This document shows, piece after piece, positions 1-11,100 of a stretch of 64,000 bases of DNA. Each line of letters begins with the position of its first letter. The stretch's first letter is position 1. Source of the DNA: Microthyrium microscopicum (Eukaryota); NCBI GenBank assembly GCA_010405405.1, contig MU004237.1, positions 286,191-350,190 on the forward strand, read 5' to 3'. A program made the position numbers and the translations under genes. A model generated the notes under the pieces. That model made no database searches, was not told where the DNA came from, and saw only the letters and a program-made list of their open reading frames with translations.

Positions 1-440
1 CCTTAGAAGTTCAGAAATGGTCTAAATTGCGATTGTACTGCGTCACGGCCTCCAGCCCTGACCACTATTTTGGACGAATGGCCTCATGTTGAACCACCAG
101 CTATTAATCTCAATCTATTAATACGTAGCAAGCTCTTAACTTGAGCATGAGCAGCGGTCCTTGATTAACGCGTGTTGCGAAACTTTAGTATGATCCATCG
201 TGGAGCTCCATGGCATCCTCTTACTATACATCGACAGGTCCCATGAGGCTCAGTGCTGCTGTTATACAAACAAGACGATAGTGAGCTGTCCTTCTAATTG
301 ACTCCTTGCAGGAGCAACAAAGATGCCAGAGCTACGAAAAACATGAAATTACAACGCTGTCGCTGATAATTTACTCGTTAAAATTACATTCACCTACCCA
401 CTGAACAAATGCGTTCCTCCACGATTTCTAGATCAACATC

Positions 441-1663
441 ATGCTGCGCCCTCCCAGCTTCGCTCTTCTCACGATCTTCACGGCCATTGAAGCTCAACTC
501 AACGCCATACCGATCCCTTCTCTCGCTCCATACATTGGCATCCGCCTCCCAAATTGGACTCTCCGCAACTTGACCTTAACATATCCCTTCCAAGGACCCG
601 GCTCCGTACTGCCAGCCGAGCTGTACGCACATAATGCCAGCATCGACTTTTCTATAACACAACAATCTCCGTTCCCATCAAGTCTACGTAGTCCACCTGC
701 CCACATCGTACACTGCAATGGTACCTGGGAGCCCGGTTACCCTCCCCTAGACTTCCTACGATGTAACGATGGCAGCAGCTGGCGCGTAAACCCCGACACC
801 AATTACGAAGAGAAGGATTTCTGGATCGATGTGATCCAGCCCAGTTACGTGCGGTAATATACCTACCACAAAAACCTACACATCCACAGAATCACTGATA
901 TTTGTAACTCCACAGACCGAATAATAGCGCCGAAAGCATCGGCGTAATACAAATCGCGCTCGCCCCAATCCACATTGAAGAAAAAGCCATGCTATGCTTC
1001 ACCATCCGCCTTGCCAACACCGTCGACACATGCTCCATTGATGCGCTCCCTCTCATCGTCAACGCTACCCATGACCCAACCAACAACGCCAATGGTAACG
1101 CCACCGACTCGAGCCGCAAGTCCGATCTTGTGCGTAATATTCCTTGGGAAGACCGCGGAATCCACATCAATGTGACGAGCATCGCGTCAACGCCTCCACC
1201 AAAAGCAGCTGGCAAGAGCGGGCGTGTACAAGATCTGGGCAATTCGCTAGACATGCGTGTAGGCGAGCGCGGGAAGACGGTCAAGTGTGAAGTGAACTTG
1301 ACGCCAGGAAGGGCGTTTCCGGACGCGCGGGATCCGACGAAGTGTGAGGGGAATGAGTATAGCTGGTATGTGTCGCGAGGAGGCATGAATGTGAAGAACG
1401 TGACGGTCAATGCAGCGGTACGGGTATTGAGGAAATTCAGCTCGTCCATTGACATGTCTTTTCTATCGAGGCCGAATTGGACGGTGGGATATGAGTTGCA
1501 ATACGAAGCGTTTGGGCTAGCAGATCGAGCGGATGAGTTTGAGTGGAAGTGTGATAAGTTCGACTATTGCTTAGGCAAGAGTTTGGAGACTGTCCAGACG
1601 AATGAGGTGAAGGCGCCTCATTTATACCATGTTGATTGGAGAAAAAGCTCGCTGATGCTTTGA
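441..1663 (+). CDS. Secreted protein (~386 aa), two similar Cys-paired beta-rich domains (Alt a 1/AA1-like fold possible)
   Basis: Signal-peptide-like N-terminus. Intron 854..915 (GTAATA...CTGAT...CAG) joins ORF 441..857 in frame to ORF 989..1663. Confidence 0.7.
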
Positions 1664-1860
1664 TGTGAGCGTATATCAAAACTGAGCCAGAAGATGTATA
1701 TATGGTTCGATTAATGCCAAAATATCTACTACCAATTCCTCTTGTGAAATGTTGACACAAGTTTAATATGCTGAACAGGTTCTATGATCTATAATGTACA
1801 ACTATCAACCTCTTTTGGTCTCATACTCCAGTGACTGTACCGTAAAAACGTTGAAATTGT

Positions 1861-2753
1861 TCATGCAGCACAACCAGTCTGTCTCGTTCTTACCACACTG
1901 CTCAGTTCTGACCCCAATGACTTTGCATACCTCAGCCATTGCTATAAAGGTTAGTGAAAATCTTCGCAGATAAAAACAAACTACCCAAAGGTCAAAAACT
2001 TACATCAACTTGAGGATCAGGAACATGCTGTTCGCGACTGAGAATCGTGAGCGCTTCAAAGTGTGCCGTCTGGACAATCATATAATTCTTCTCATAGACT
2101 AGAAAACAGACCTCACAGTTAGCCATATTGAAGCCGAAACGGGCACCCACGCGGCACGGAGATTTGGTCCTACCTTGTACAATATAATTCGGACCGGGAC
2201 AAGCCCCAGTTTTTTCCGATACTCCGTCAAGTGTCACTCTCAGCGCACCCTTTTCGCCGTATACTGGATTGACCGGAGAAGCCGAGCCTAGTACCTCAGT
2301 GGGCTGGCCATATCTTTTGCAATTATTTTTTACGCCTATCGTGCCATTGGCCTAGACAAGAAAGAGGTATGTCAGTTTTGGGCCCTGAGAGATATGGATT
2401 CGTAAAGGGAGAGACGTACGTTTTTGGTGTAGTCGGCCTTGACACATGTGCAGCCAAAGTTGTATAGCGTTTCTGTTCCTGCTTGTTGGTACCATTTTCC
2501 GAGGAACTCATTTGGTTTGAAGCGACCGTCTGGTTTGGGGTAGACGCAAGTACTGCCAGTAGCGTTAGCGATTGTTTTCACTCGCGTAGAACCTTCAGAG
2601 AACTGGAGGCAGCACTCACCCGTCCCATATCGTTTCGACCGCATCCTCTGATATTAGTAGGTCATTGTGTTGGTTGACCAGTTCGGATGGCGAAGGAGAT
2701 GGCAAAGCAGACACTGCCAGCAACGACGAGAGCAACACCACAAACTTGTACAT
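1861..2753 (-). CDS. Secreted lipocalin / apolipoprotein D-like (calycin) protein, ~5 exons
   Basis: ATG at 2753 gives signal peptide MYKFVVLLSSLLAVSALP. Spliced exons give DGTCVYPKPD..FLGKWYQQAG (lipocalin GxW), GCTCVKADY, CPGPNYIVQ and LTILSR. TGA at 1861-1863. Confidence 0.85.
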
Positions 2754-3705
2754 TATGGGCGATGAGAACGGCAATTCGAGGATATAGAAAAGACAAGAAC
2801 AAACCGCAATCGCAAAAAGCCGCTAGAAGATAACTTTTTTCTGTGTTCTGACAGGCGGGTACCTTTTTTAATAAGTAAACTCTATATGTACTAATTTCTC
2901 CATAACGCGCAAACGTGCTCGCGTGCCTCACGATCCTCAGGTCACTTTTATTAAACAGACGCACTATTTCAGACGAAAAAGACAACGTGTTTGGTATCTA
3001 GAACGGAGCTATATATACCAAGACCTATATATCTTAGTGTCTTAGATGAATATTGTACCATAATTTCAGGGTAGAGTGATTACGGATAAGAGTCTAATTT
3101 CTAGGCGGAGTTGTTTCCATTCTTCTTATGTAGACTAGTATCTATCAAGTCTGGGGTGTGCCCTAGGCACGGAGGTGAACTGGTGGACGAAATTTGACTA
3201 TATTTATGAAGTTGAGGTAGTGCACAGAGCCTCTTTGTGGTATTGGCCAAGGGATCTAGATTTCTCGGTTTCTGGCAGCCGGATAATACGTCCGGATGAC
3301 AGTTCAGGGATTCGAAAGGGTTAGATTCATAGTTAAACAGATGAGATTCGTGAGAGTGGTACGTGGTAAGTCCATGTATTGCCAAGGATATATATCACAT
3401 CCACATCCCACGCCTTCTAAAAGAACCGAATGCCTATCACCAAATCTTAACTTCGTAATGCGTATGCCCAACTGACCAGATTTCTGGTCGAAATTTCCGC
3501 TGTCTACGCAAGATGTCCAGGATACACCATGATTTTTGTATCACTGATCACAGACACACTGACTGTGCATATTTCGACCATCTGAAACGCGTTGATTGAT
3601 TGCCATGTCATTATTTCGTACCGGGGTATCATAAGTTTTGAATATCATGTTCACATCACACCACTCTCGCTAGCTCTTCCTTTCAGCTTCTTTTCAGATT
3701 TTCTT

Positions 3706-4073
3706 TCATTCTCCTCCACCATTGCGATCCTCCAAATTCAGCACGATCGAATATACGCTTGCTTTGAGTAGTGTAAACACCAGACTAGTCTTTCGCTCGA
3801 GGCCACGTAGACTGTCTAATATCGCGGGAGAAGGATTGGCTGCGAGTTCGCCGAGAATATCTGAGAGCTGCGAAATCGGTATTAGTGATCATACTATGGG
3901 GACCGAGACCTGCATAACAGACGAGGACATAGTGTTGCGAGCTGAGGCTAAGGAATCCTAATTACATTGTTGAGGTTACCGAGCAGCCGAGCATATTCGT
4001 CTAGGACTTCTTGTTCGAGAGGGGTGAGTGTCTCGTCAGGCAAGAGGGAGGATGATTGGGCGGAGGTGGACAT
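3706..4073 (-). CDS. DAD3: DASH/Dam1 kinetochore complex subunit Dad3 (2 exons; missing from ORF track)
   Basis: Exon 4073..3966 MSTSAQSSSLLPDETLTPLEQEVLDEYARLLGNLNN; intron 3965..3868; exon LSDILGELAANPSPAILDSLRGLERKTSLVFTLLKASVYSIVL. These are Dad3 signature motifs. Confidence 0.93.
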
Positions 4074-4191
4074 GATGAATATGAGATTTGGAGAGCTTAG
4101 GGAGGCTTGAGATTGGTATCTTGATCTAGTCTGTATGTTATAAACATATGATTGTCAATGGAAGTTGGAGTTGGGAATGATTGAAGTGAAG

Positions 4192-4201
4192 ACGCGTCGC
4201 G
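4192..4201. promoter_or_regulatory. MCB-like element ACGCGTCGCG upstream of DAD3
   Basis: ACGCGT core ~120 bp upstream of the DAD3 ATG. The identical decamer lies upstream of HIR1. Confidence 0.5.
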
Positions 4202-4833
4202 ATCGCAACTGGTTAACTAGCGCATTGATTCGATGCCAAGACTTTCCTCAGCCTTATGGATAAACCTCAACGTTTGCACAGCAAATATAGTTGCCCCCAC
4301 CAGTTCTGCTCCGTTCAGAATCTAATCGGCAAAACTTTGATACCTTTGGGTGGTCTATCCACAAGGCAACCGGTTCAGTTCGCATTGCAATGCAACTTCA
4401 GCGTCACTCAAGCACTTGATATTTCCAAACATCAACCATATCAGACTTCACATAATACATCACAGCACCAACAAATCAACCACCAAATCGTAATTCATAA
4501 AACTAATCGCACAAGGCTCACAGCCCAACAGCAAGAGTAACCCTCTCTCGCTTTAAGCATCTTTCAAACAAATCTAAGTGAGCCAGAGCCCGCTACTCCT
4601 AACAAGGAGTGTGATAATGGCACAAAACCAAACCAAGAGCCCCACAGCGCCATTCGCCTAGACAAGTACCGCTTTTTTCGCCAACGCATTGAAGATAGTG
4701 AACACAAAAGCTGAACAAAGTAAAACAAAGTAAACGGAGCGACCCAGGTAATAAGGTTAGATAAAAAACGCCATATATGCCAAGTCAATGCAACAAACAG
4801 GCTTAGCCCACGACTCCATCCAGCATGACTGGT

Positions 4834-6978
4834 CTATCTTGCTCTCCCTACCATACTCGCATCATGCGCCCGATACGTATCCTCATCATCATGATGTAGC
4901 GTAACACTGTTAAACTCCTCAAATGGATCCGCTGTTTCCTCGCCCGGTGTTCTTAGACCTGAATCTAGTGGGACGCCCTTTGCCGCCTTGAGATTCGAGC
5001 CCAGTGAGCTCATGTCCACGCTGGCGGATTCCTTGACGTTGCGAAAATTTACGGTATCAATGCCGGTGCGGCCTTGATGTGGAATGATGGGTGGTTTGGA
5101 GTGGCGGAGGAGGGCCCAGGAGGTTGTGCGGAAGAAGGGGTGGGCTTTGATGTCTGATGCGCCGGCGCGGGAGCCGATGCGGCGGAGTTCGTCTTTTGTG
5201 AGGAGTTTTTTGATGATTTGTTTGCAGAGACTGAACAGATGTGGTAAGTATGGTGGATGAATGTAAAGGGAGTGGAAAGATGACTGCTTACTTTGATACT
5301 TGAGGATAGCCGGCGCCTTCAGGAAAGGGGACCTCGTCACGGAGAATGTTGGCGAACGTTGCGTTGCGGTTCTTGCCTTTGAAGGGAGTGGTTCCATACA
5401 GCATCTCGTATATGAGGATTCCTAATGTCCACCAGTCGACGGCACTTGTGTGTCCGCATCCTTTGATTACTTCTGGAGCAATGTATTCTTCTGTACCTAC
5501 AAAAGAGTTTGTCCGGAAGTCGGCGATACATGATTTGGTGTCGATTGCGGGTAGATTGCTTGTCGAAGATCCGTTGCGGCCAAGAATCATGGTTGGTGCT
5601 CCTCCAGTATCTGATTGTTTTGAGAGATCGAAATCAGACAACATTATATGGCCGGACTGATGTAGTAAGATGTCTGAAAATGTCAGTATATAGATATCTG
5701 AGAGAAGTGGTATAACACACTTTCTGGCTTGAGATCACGATATATGAATCCCATGAGATGTAGATATTCTAGTGCTGCCGTGACTTCTGCGGCATAAAAT
5801 CTTGCGGCGTCTTCATCAACACATTTGTTGGGTCGCGTTTGTAGTGCTGCATCGTTTAGTATAGATCTCATGATACCGAAAACGGACTAACCTCTGAAGA
5901 ACTCTCCTCCGCTGCAATATTCCATGCAGAGATAAAGCTTGTCCTCCGATTGGAAGGAGTGATACAAAGTAACGATAAAAGGATGATTACTTGTCGCGAG
6001 AATTTCTTGCTCCGCTAGAGCTCTCTTGATCTTGTTTCGCTTGATCATCTCTTTCTTGTCAAGGACTAGATCCAGTCAGTAATCATAACTCGGCCTCTTG
6101 ACACGCTGTTTCGACATACCCTTCATCGCATACAGCCTTGTGGACTTCTTTTCCCGGACCAGATAAACCTTGCCAACATCGCCCTTGCCAATAAGTTTTA
6201 TCTTGTCAAAGCTGCTAGGCCCAACTTCCACACTACGGACTTTGATGGAATTGGAACTATACGTCCGTCTAAAGGCGACACTTTCTCGTATTTGACCGGG
6301 AGTGGGTATTCCATTAGCTCCTGGTACGGGTAATAAGTTGCCCATTGGTTCCACAAGACTCAAGGTTGAACCTCCGGCGTGTTGCAGTACAGGCTGTTTC
6401 CCTAGCTCTGCAGTAGAAGGCCGATCTGAATCCTTGCCTTTGGCAAACAGACCCTGAGCGTTTGGCGCAGAAGCTACGCGACGCAGTTTACGCGCCAATT
6501 CCTCTTTGCTTGCTGCCGTAGCCTTATCCCCGCTCTTTTTTCCCTTTCCTGGTAACGGTGGTGTATCTGGCGGTGAAGATGGTACGCTGCCATCATTGTG
6601 ATGGCGGATGGCGGGGAGTCCTTGGTGAACGAAATAGGGATTGGCGTTTGCTGTTGGTGAGAGGGTGACATCTTCAAGCGCGTTGCCTTCGGAGGCTACA
6701 GTGGTTGACCGACTGCGGCCAATATGGGGGAGGAATCTGGAATTTCTGAAGGATCTTTCTTTCTCGGGTTTTGAGGGTCTAGATGTTTCGGACGATCTTT
6801 GTGACGAGCCTCGCTCATGGTGTTTGTCGCCGGAGTTTATCCTGAAGAAGCTCTTGATCTTTTGCGTAACTTGTCCGTTGGATGATTGGCGATTGGAAGA
6901 AAAGCTGGTGGCACTGAAGACTCGCGGTTTCTCCTTGTCTTCTTTCGGAAAGGAGAGGTTGCTGAACAGTTGTGTCAT
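4834..6978 (-). CDS. nrc-2: AGC Ser/Thr kinase, nrc-2 / Kin82-Fpk1 (flippase kinase) family, multi-exon
   Basis: [23 protein letters not shown] (family-typical), [15 protein letters not shown] and [11 protein letters not shown] spread over spliced ORFs 6076..6978, 5683..5871, 5288..5644 and 4834..5397. Confidence 0.93.
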
Positions 6979-8257
6979 TGCGGCGGATCTGAAGCCGCAA
7001 AGTGTAGCGAGGGCGGGCTTATGGTTAGGAGGAGGAGATGATATGGATTGCAGAGAGTAGGATGTCTAGTGAAGGTCGTGAAAACAGTATTTGGTGGATT
7101 GGTAATTGACAAAGAAGGGTCACAGGATGGAGATGATCAGTATTGAGCTAGGACCTGGTGGTGGATTCGGATGTGGAGAGGGGGCAAGGAAGGGGCTGAA
7201 AGGTGTGACAGGCTTTCGGTCGAAGAGGGGAGTATTGAGAGGGCAAGGATTAATAAATACGGTTGAAATTGTGTGGCGCATCAGTGAACGATGGGAGAGT
7301 CTGGAGAAGAATGGGTTGTAAAGGTGATCAATCAGCCTGAGAGCGCAGTACTCTGGAGAGCCATGAAGTCGAGGAAGTTGAAGGAGTTGATGCTGCAATG
7401 CCAAGCTGGGGGATTAATAATTGGTGGAGTGTCGTTTGCGACTGCGGTCTAGAGGGACTTAAAGAACAGCATCCGGCGGCGTGGCTTGTCAGTTCCAACC
7501 TCCACAGCAACCACTTTATTGACTGTCTCTTCAATAGTCGGGATGACAACTTCAATATCTCATTATCAAGGTCACTTACCACTCCTGATATTTGTGATCA
7601 TACATGCTGAATGAAGCATTTATTCACATGTGAGGTACTTGTTTCCTTTTTCTCCTTCTTTGCCCGCAATGCCCGCAATGGCTGGTTCATGTGTAACTTG
7701 CGCTTGCCGAGCTCGCCCTTACGGAACATCAATTCCATCTTATGATTAGATCAGGATCTAGATCTAGACTCTTATCTTCAACATCTAGACAACTCCAATA
7801 TCAACTTTTGCTCCTCGGAGAGCTACTTATCTCCAACACATCTTGCGCCACTGCTATCAGTCACTTCTGTACTCCTTTCTGTTGCTTCGAAGCTTCGATA
7901 TGCTTTATAGCCTCAACAAAGGACAGAATGACTGGCACGCTCATCTCCATGGTGTTGGGCGCTATGCTTTTACACCAAGGCCATACCGATTGCGTATCGC
8001 ATCAGCTGACTGCCCAACTCTCTCTGTATTCAATTCAAGAATTCCAACCATCGACTTGATTTGAGTAGGAGGTAGTATATTACGTCTTATGATGATAACT
8101 CACGATATCAGCCATAATTGATGGCGACCTCCGACGTACCTGAGGGCACCTATTCACTTTAACCACGTATCGGCACACCATTGAGTTCCACTACTTTTCT
8201 ACAAGTATACGGAGTACATCTTTCAACACTGACATCAAAGCGTGGCATCACTCCCAT

Positions 8258-9226
8258 CTACCCTCCCAGGTTCTCCAAGTCACCAAGAATCTCAACCACC
8301 CGATCCAAATGAATCCTCACCCAATAAACAATCCCTCCCTGCACCCCTCCAATACTCTCACAAACCATTCTACTCGCCAAATTCTCAACATCAACATCCA
8401 CATGCCCCAATCCCATCTCCTCCACATCCATCCTCATCAACCGCACCGACAGCATCTTAGCTAGTCCCTGTCCTCTCCAATCCTCCTCCACATGCAAACT
8501 CACCAAACTCCCATCCACACCCGAATACGCCCACGCTATCGGCCGCTCACCCTGCCATATCGCGACAGAGGTTAGCCTTGCGAGCGTACTACTCTGCCGA
8601 GGAATTGATGAGCGCTCGCGCACAAATTCCACATCCGCCGGTGTATTCATCGTGCCCCAGCTCAATCCATCAGGGAGAGGGAAGTCGGCAGGTAGGTTGG
8701 ACAGGGGGACGATGTACTTGATATACGGAGTATGCGCGAGCGCTATATGTTCGGGAGATAAGACGTCTGCTAGTATATCCTTGACGCGCTCGTCGATGGA
8801 GCCGGCGAGTAAGATACTGTTGTTGGAATAGTGGGAAGCGTATTCACTATTTTCGCTGACGGTCTGGCCTGCGTGGATGCTGGTGGGGATGGGAAGGTTG
8901 GCGATGTGGGCGTAGATGGTGAGGATGTTGTGTCGGCAGCTGGGACAGTTTGGTGGACAGCTTGGTCTTGTAGATGATGAATTGGATTGGATGGAGGAGT
9001 AGGTCCAGGCTTCCGTTTCTGGGCGCAGGGCGCGATCTAGGAAGGTTATGGCGAAGCAGTTGGGTGGAGTAGTAGAGGGTGGGAACGTTGCGAGGAGAAT
9101 GGCGGAAGGTGTTGTAAAGTTGTGTTGGATGCGTCCATAGAGGGCAATGCTTTCAGGTAAGAGATCGCGGAGGAGGGGTAGAGTTGTTGAGCCATCTAGC
9201 GGATGAGCGTAGATTTGAGTCGGCAT
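8258..9226 (-). CDS. GNAT-family N-acetyltransferase with C-terminal FR47-like domain
   Basis: PIAWAYSGVDGSLVSLHVEEDWRGQGLAK (acetyl-CoA motif A) and VDVENLASRMVCESIG. Single exon. Confidence 0.88.
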   Translation of the reverse strand: MPTQIYAHPLDGSTTLPLLRDLLPESIALYGRIQHNFTTPSAILLATFPPSTTPPNCFAITFLDRALRPETEAWTYSSIQSNSSSTRPSCPPNCPSCRHNILTIYAHIANLPIPTSIHAGQTVSENSEYASHYSNNSILLAGSIDERVKDILADVLSPEHIALAHTPYIKYIVPLSNLPADFPLPDGLSWGTMNTPADVEFVRERSSIPRQSSTLARLTSVAIWQGERPIAWAYSGVDGSLVSLHVEEDWRGQGLAKMLSVRLMRMDVEEMGLGHVDVDVENLASRMVCESIGGVQGGIVYWVRIHLDRVVEILGDLENLGG

Positions 9227-10079
9227 TGTAGAGGGATTTGGGATCAATGGATCTCAATGGTTTAAAAAAGATGTAAGAAAGAAGGTAAGTTCGGCGTGAT
9301 AAATTTGCATCTGGGAAGGGTTGCTTTGATAATTAGTAGTCATGAGGCTGATATCTATTCTGGTGAGTCAAGAGGGCTAGCATATCCGATGACTGGCCGG
9401 TTCAAACGTCAAGATGCATCAAGAACCCTAAAGTTGAACACGATCAGCTCAAGGGGAGAGATATATGACATCTTATGAGGTACCTACTAGTAGATAGTCC
9501 ATGGTGTATCTTGAATGGACATAAATGTCGAGAGCTATCTCGGGGGACCAACAATAGAACGCGGCACCAACCCGATAGCGAAACCAGGCATTTCAAGTCC
9601 TCGCTATATGGGCAGTATGAAAGTAGAGCTCACCAGGCTGAGGCTCAAAAACAGTGCTGTGATTGGATGTCGGAGGATCCTTCAGCCAATTAAGACTTGG
9701 GAAATGCTTTGAATAATCGTTCTGAACAGTTTGAGGCAATAGCCTAGAGATTCCAAGCGCAAACGATCAAGTACCTACTGGACTGAGAAGTCAATACAGA
9801 GGCAAACTTTTTTAGTGCTGCTATTCATCTTCTAAGGAAGGTCAGCTCTACGGAGGTGATGTTAGATATCAATATCAACATTGTCTTCTTTGAGAACGAC
9901 CTAGTACAGTATGCTTCTAGCGCTCCGGTATAAAAACAGCTGTAGAATGCTCGTTCTTTAGCTCGTTGTCAAGAAGGGAGATTAGCAAAGTATGGCAGTA
10001 AGTTCGAGTATATCCAAGGAACATTAAGATACTTAGCATTTTGTCCTCAGATTCCTGATTACAGTGTATGGGAAACAGA

Positions 10080-11100
10080 TCACAGACAACATCAACAGCA
10101 TCAAGATGTGAAGGTTAACTGCATTGTCAAGCGGCCATACCTTAACGACAGTAAGACAACAGTTTGTTGTTGACTCGCATCGGCTACAAGTAACTCTTCG
10201 CAAATTGAATGAAGATCAATTTGCTGTAAACAAGGCATACAACATCAATGTGATGATTCTGCTCCAAAGCACAACATAGCAGAATCCAAAGATTCACCAC
10301 GTTTACAAGATTGAAACAAAAACATCCTTCCTTCCATCTAAACTATTGTGGAGAACTCCAAAAAAATGTTTTACAAAACCTCATCTTTTGAAACCTGAAA
10401 CTTCACGTTTCCAAATATCGCCACTGTCGAATCCATCAAATGATATCATGTCTGAAACATTCCTCCAGTACAATGGCTGTGAAGCCAGTGATATGGATGC
10501 AGGAACAGGCATTGCGATCCTTAATGCTGCATTGGACTTGATACAATATCAGTGCACAAGTGCTCGAAAGGAATTGCATCGACTACTATGCAATTCTGAT
10601 GGGTCAAGCTGTCTTTTAAAGTTTTTAATCTGATACATCAAATGCCAGACTAGATTTGACAAATGTGAGCGTGAGTCGTGACACGTCCAAGTAGTTGAAA
10701 AGCTGGTGGATGTGCGGTTGTCACTTGTCACTTGTCATCGTTTCAGCCTCAAGGATGTGCGGTTATCAACAAGGTCAGACACATTATGATCGGCCTCATT
10801 ATTATTGCGGTATTGCTTGAACTTACCAAAACAATGGCCAATCACTAATCAATAACTGGTGGAAGCAATGTTCGCAACCTCGAAGAAGTTACAAGACAGA
10901 TTGCAATATTCGCAATACTTCCCCAAGATCCAAATGATCCCAGATCCAGGGGAAAGAATCCAGCAAGATCCACACAAAGCCATGACGCCAAAGAAAGGTT
11001 CAAAAGGTCTGGCCAAGCGAGAAAACTTTAAAAGCTCTCGAGGCCTCACCGTTCAAGACTTGAAAAGAGTGGTTGCTTTGGCGTTGAAATGCCCAGACTC
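10080..11100 (-). ncRNA. Candidate long structured non-coding RNA (identity unknown)
   Basis: No credible ORF. Many 7-13 bp helices, several of which form only on the minus strand via G-U pairs. A CGCG-rich promoter-like segment sits at 11110-11235. Confidence 0.45.
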
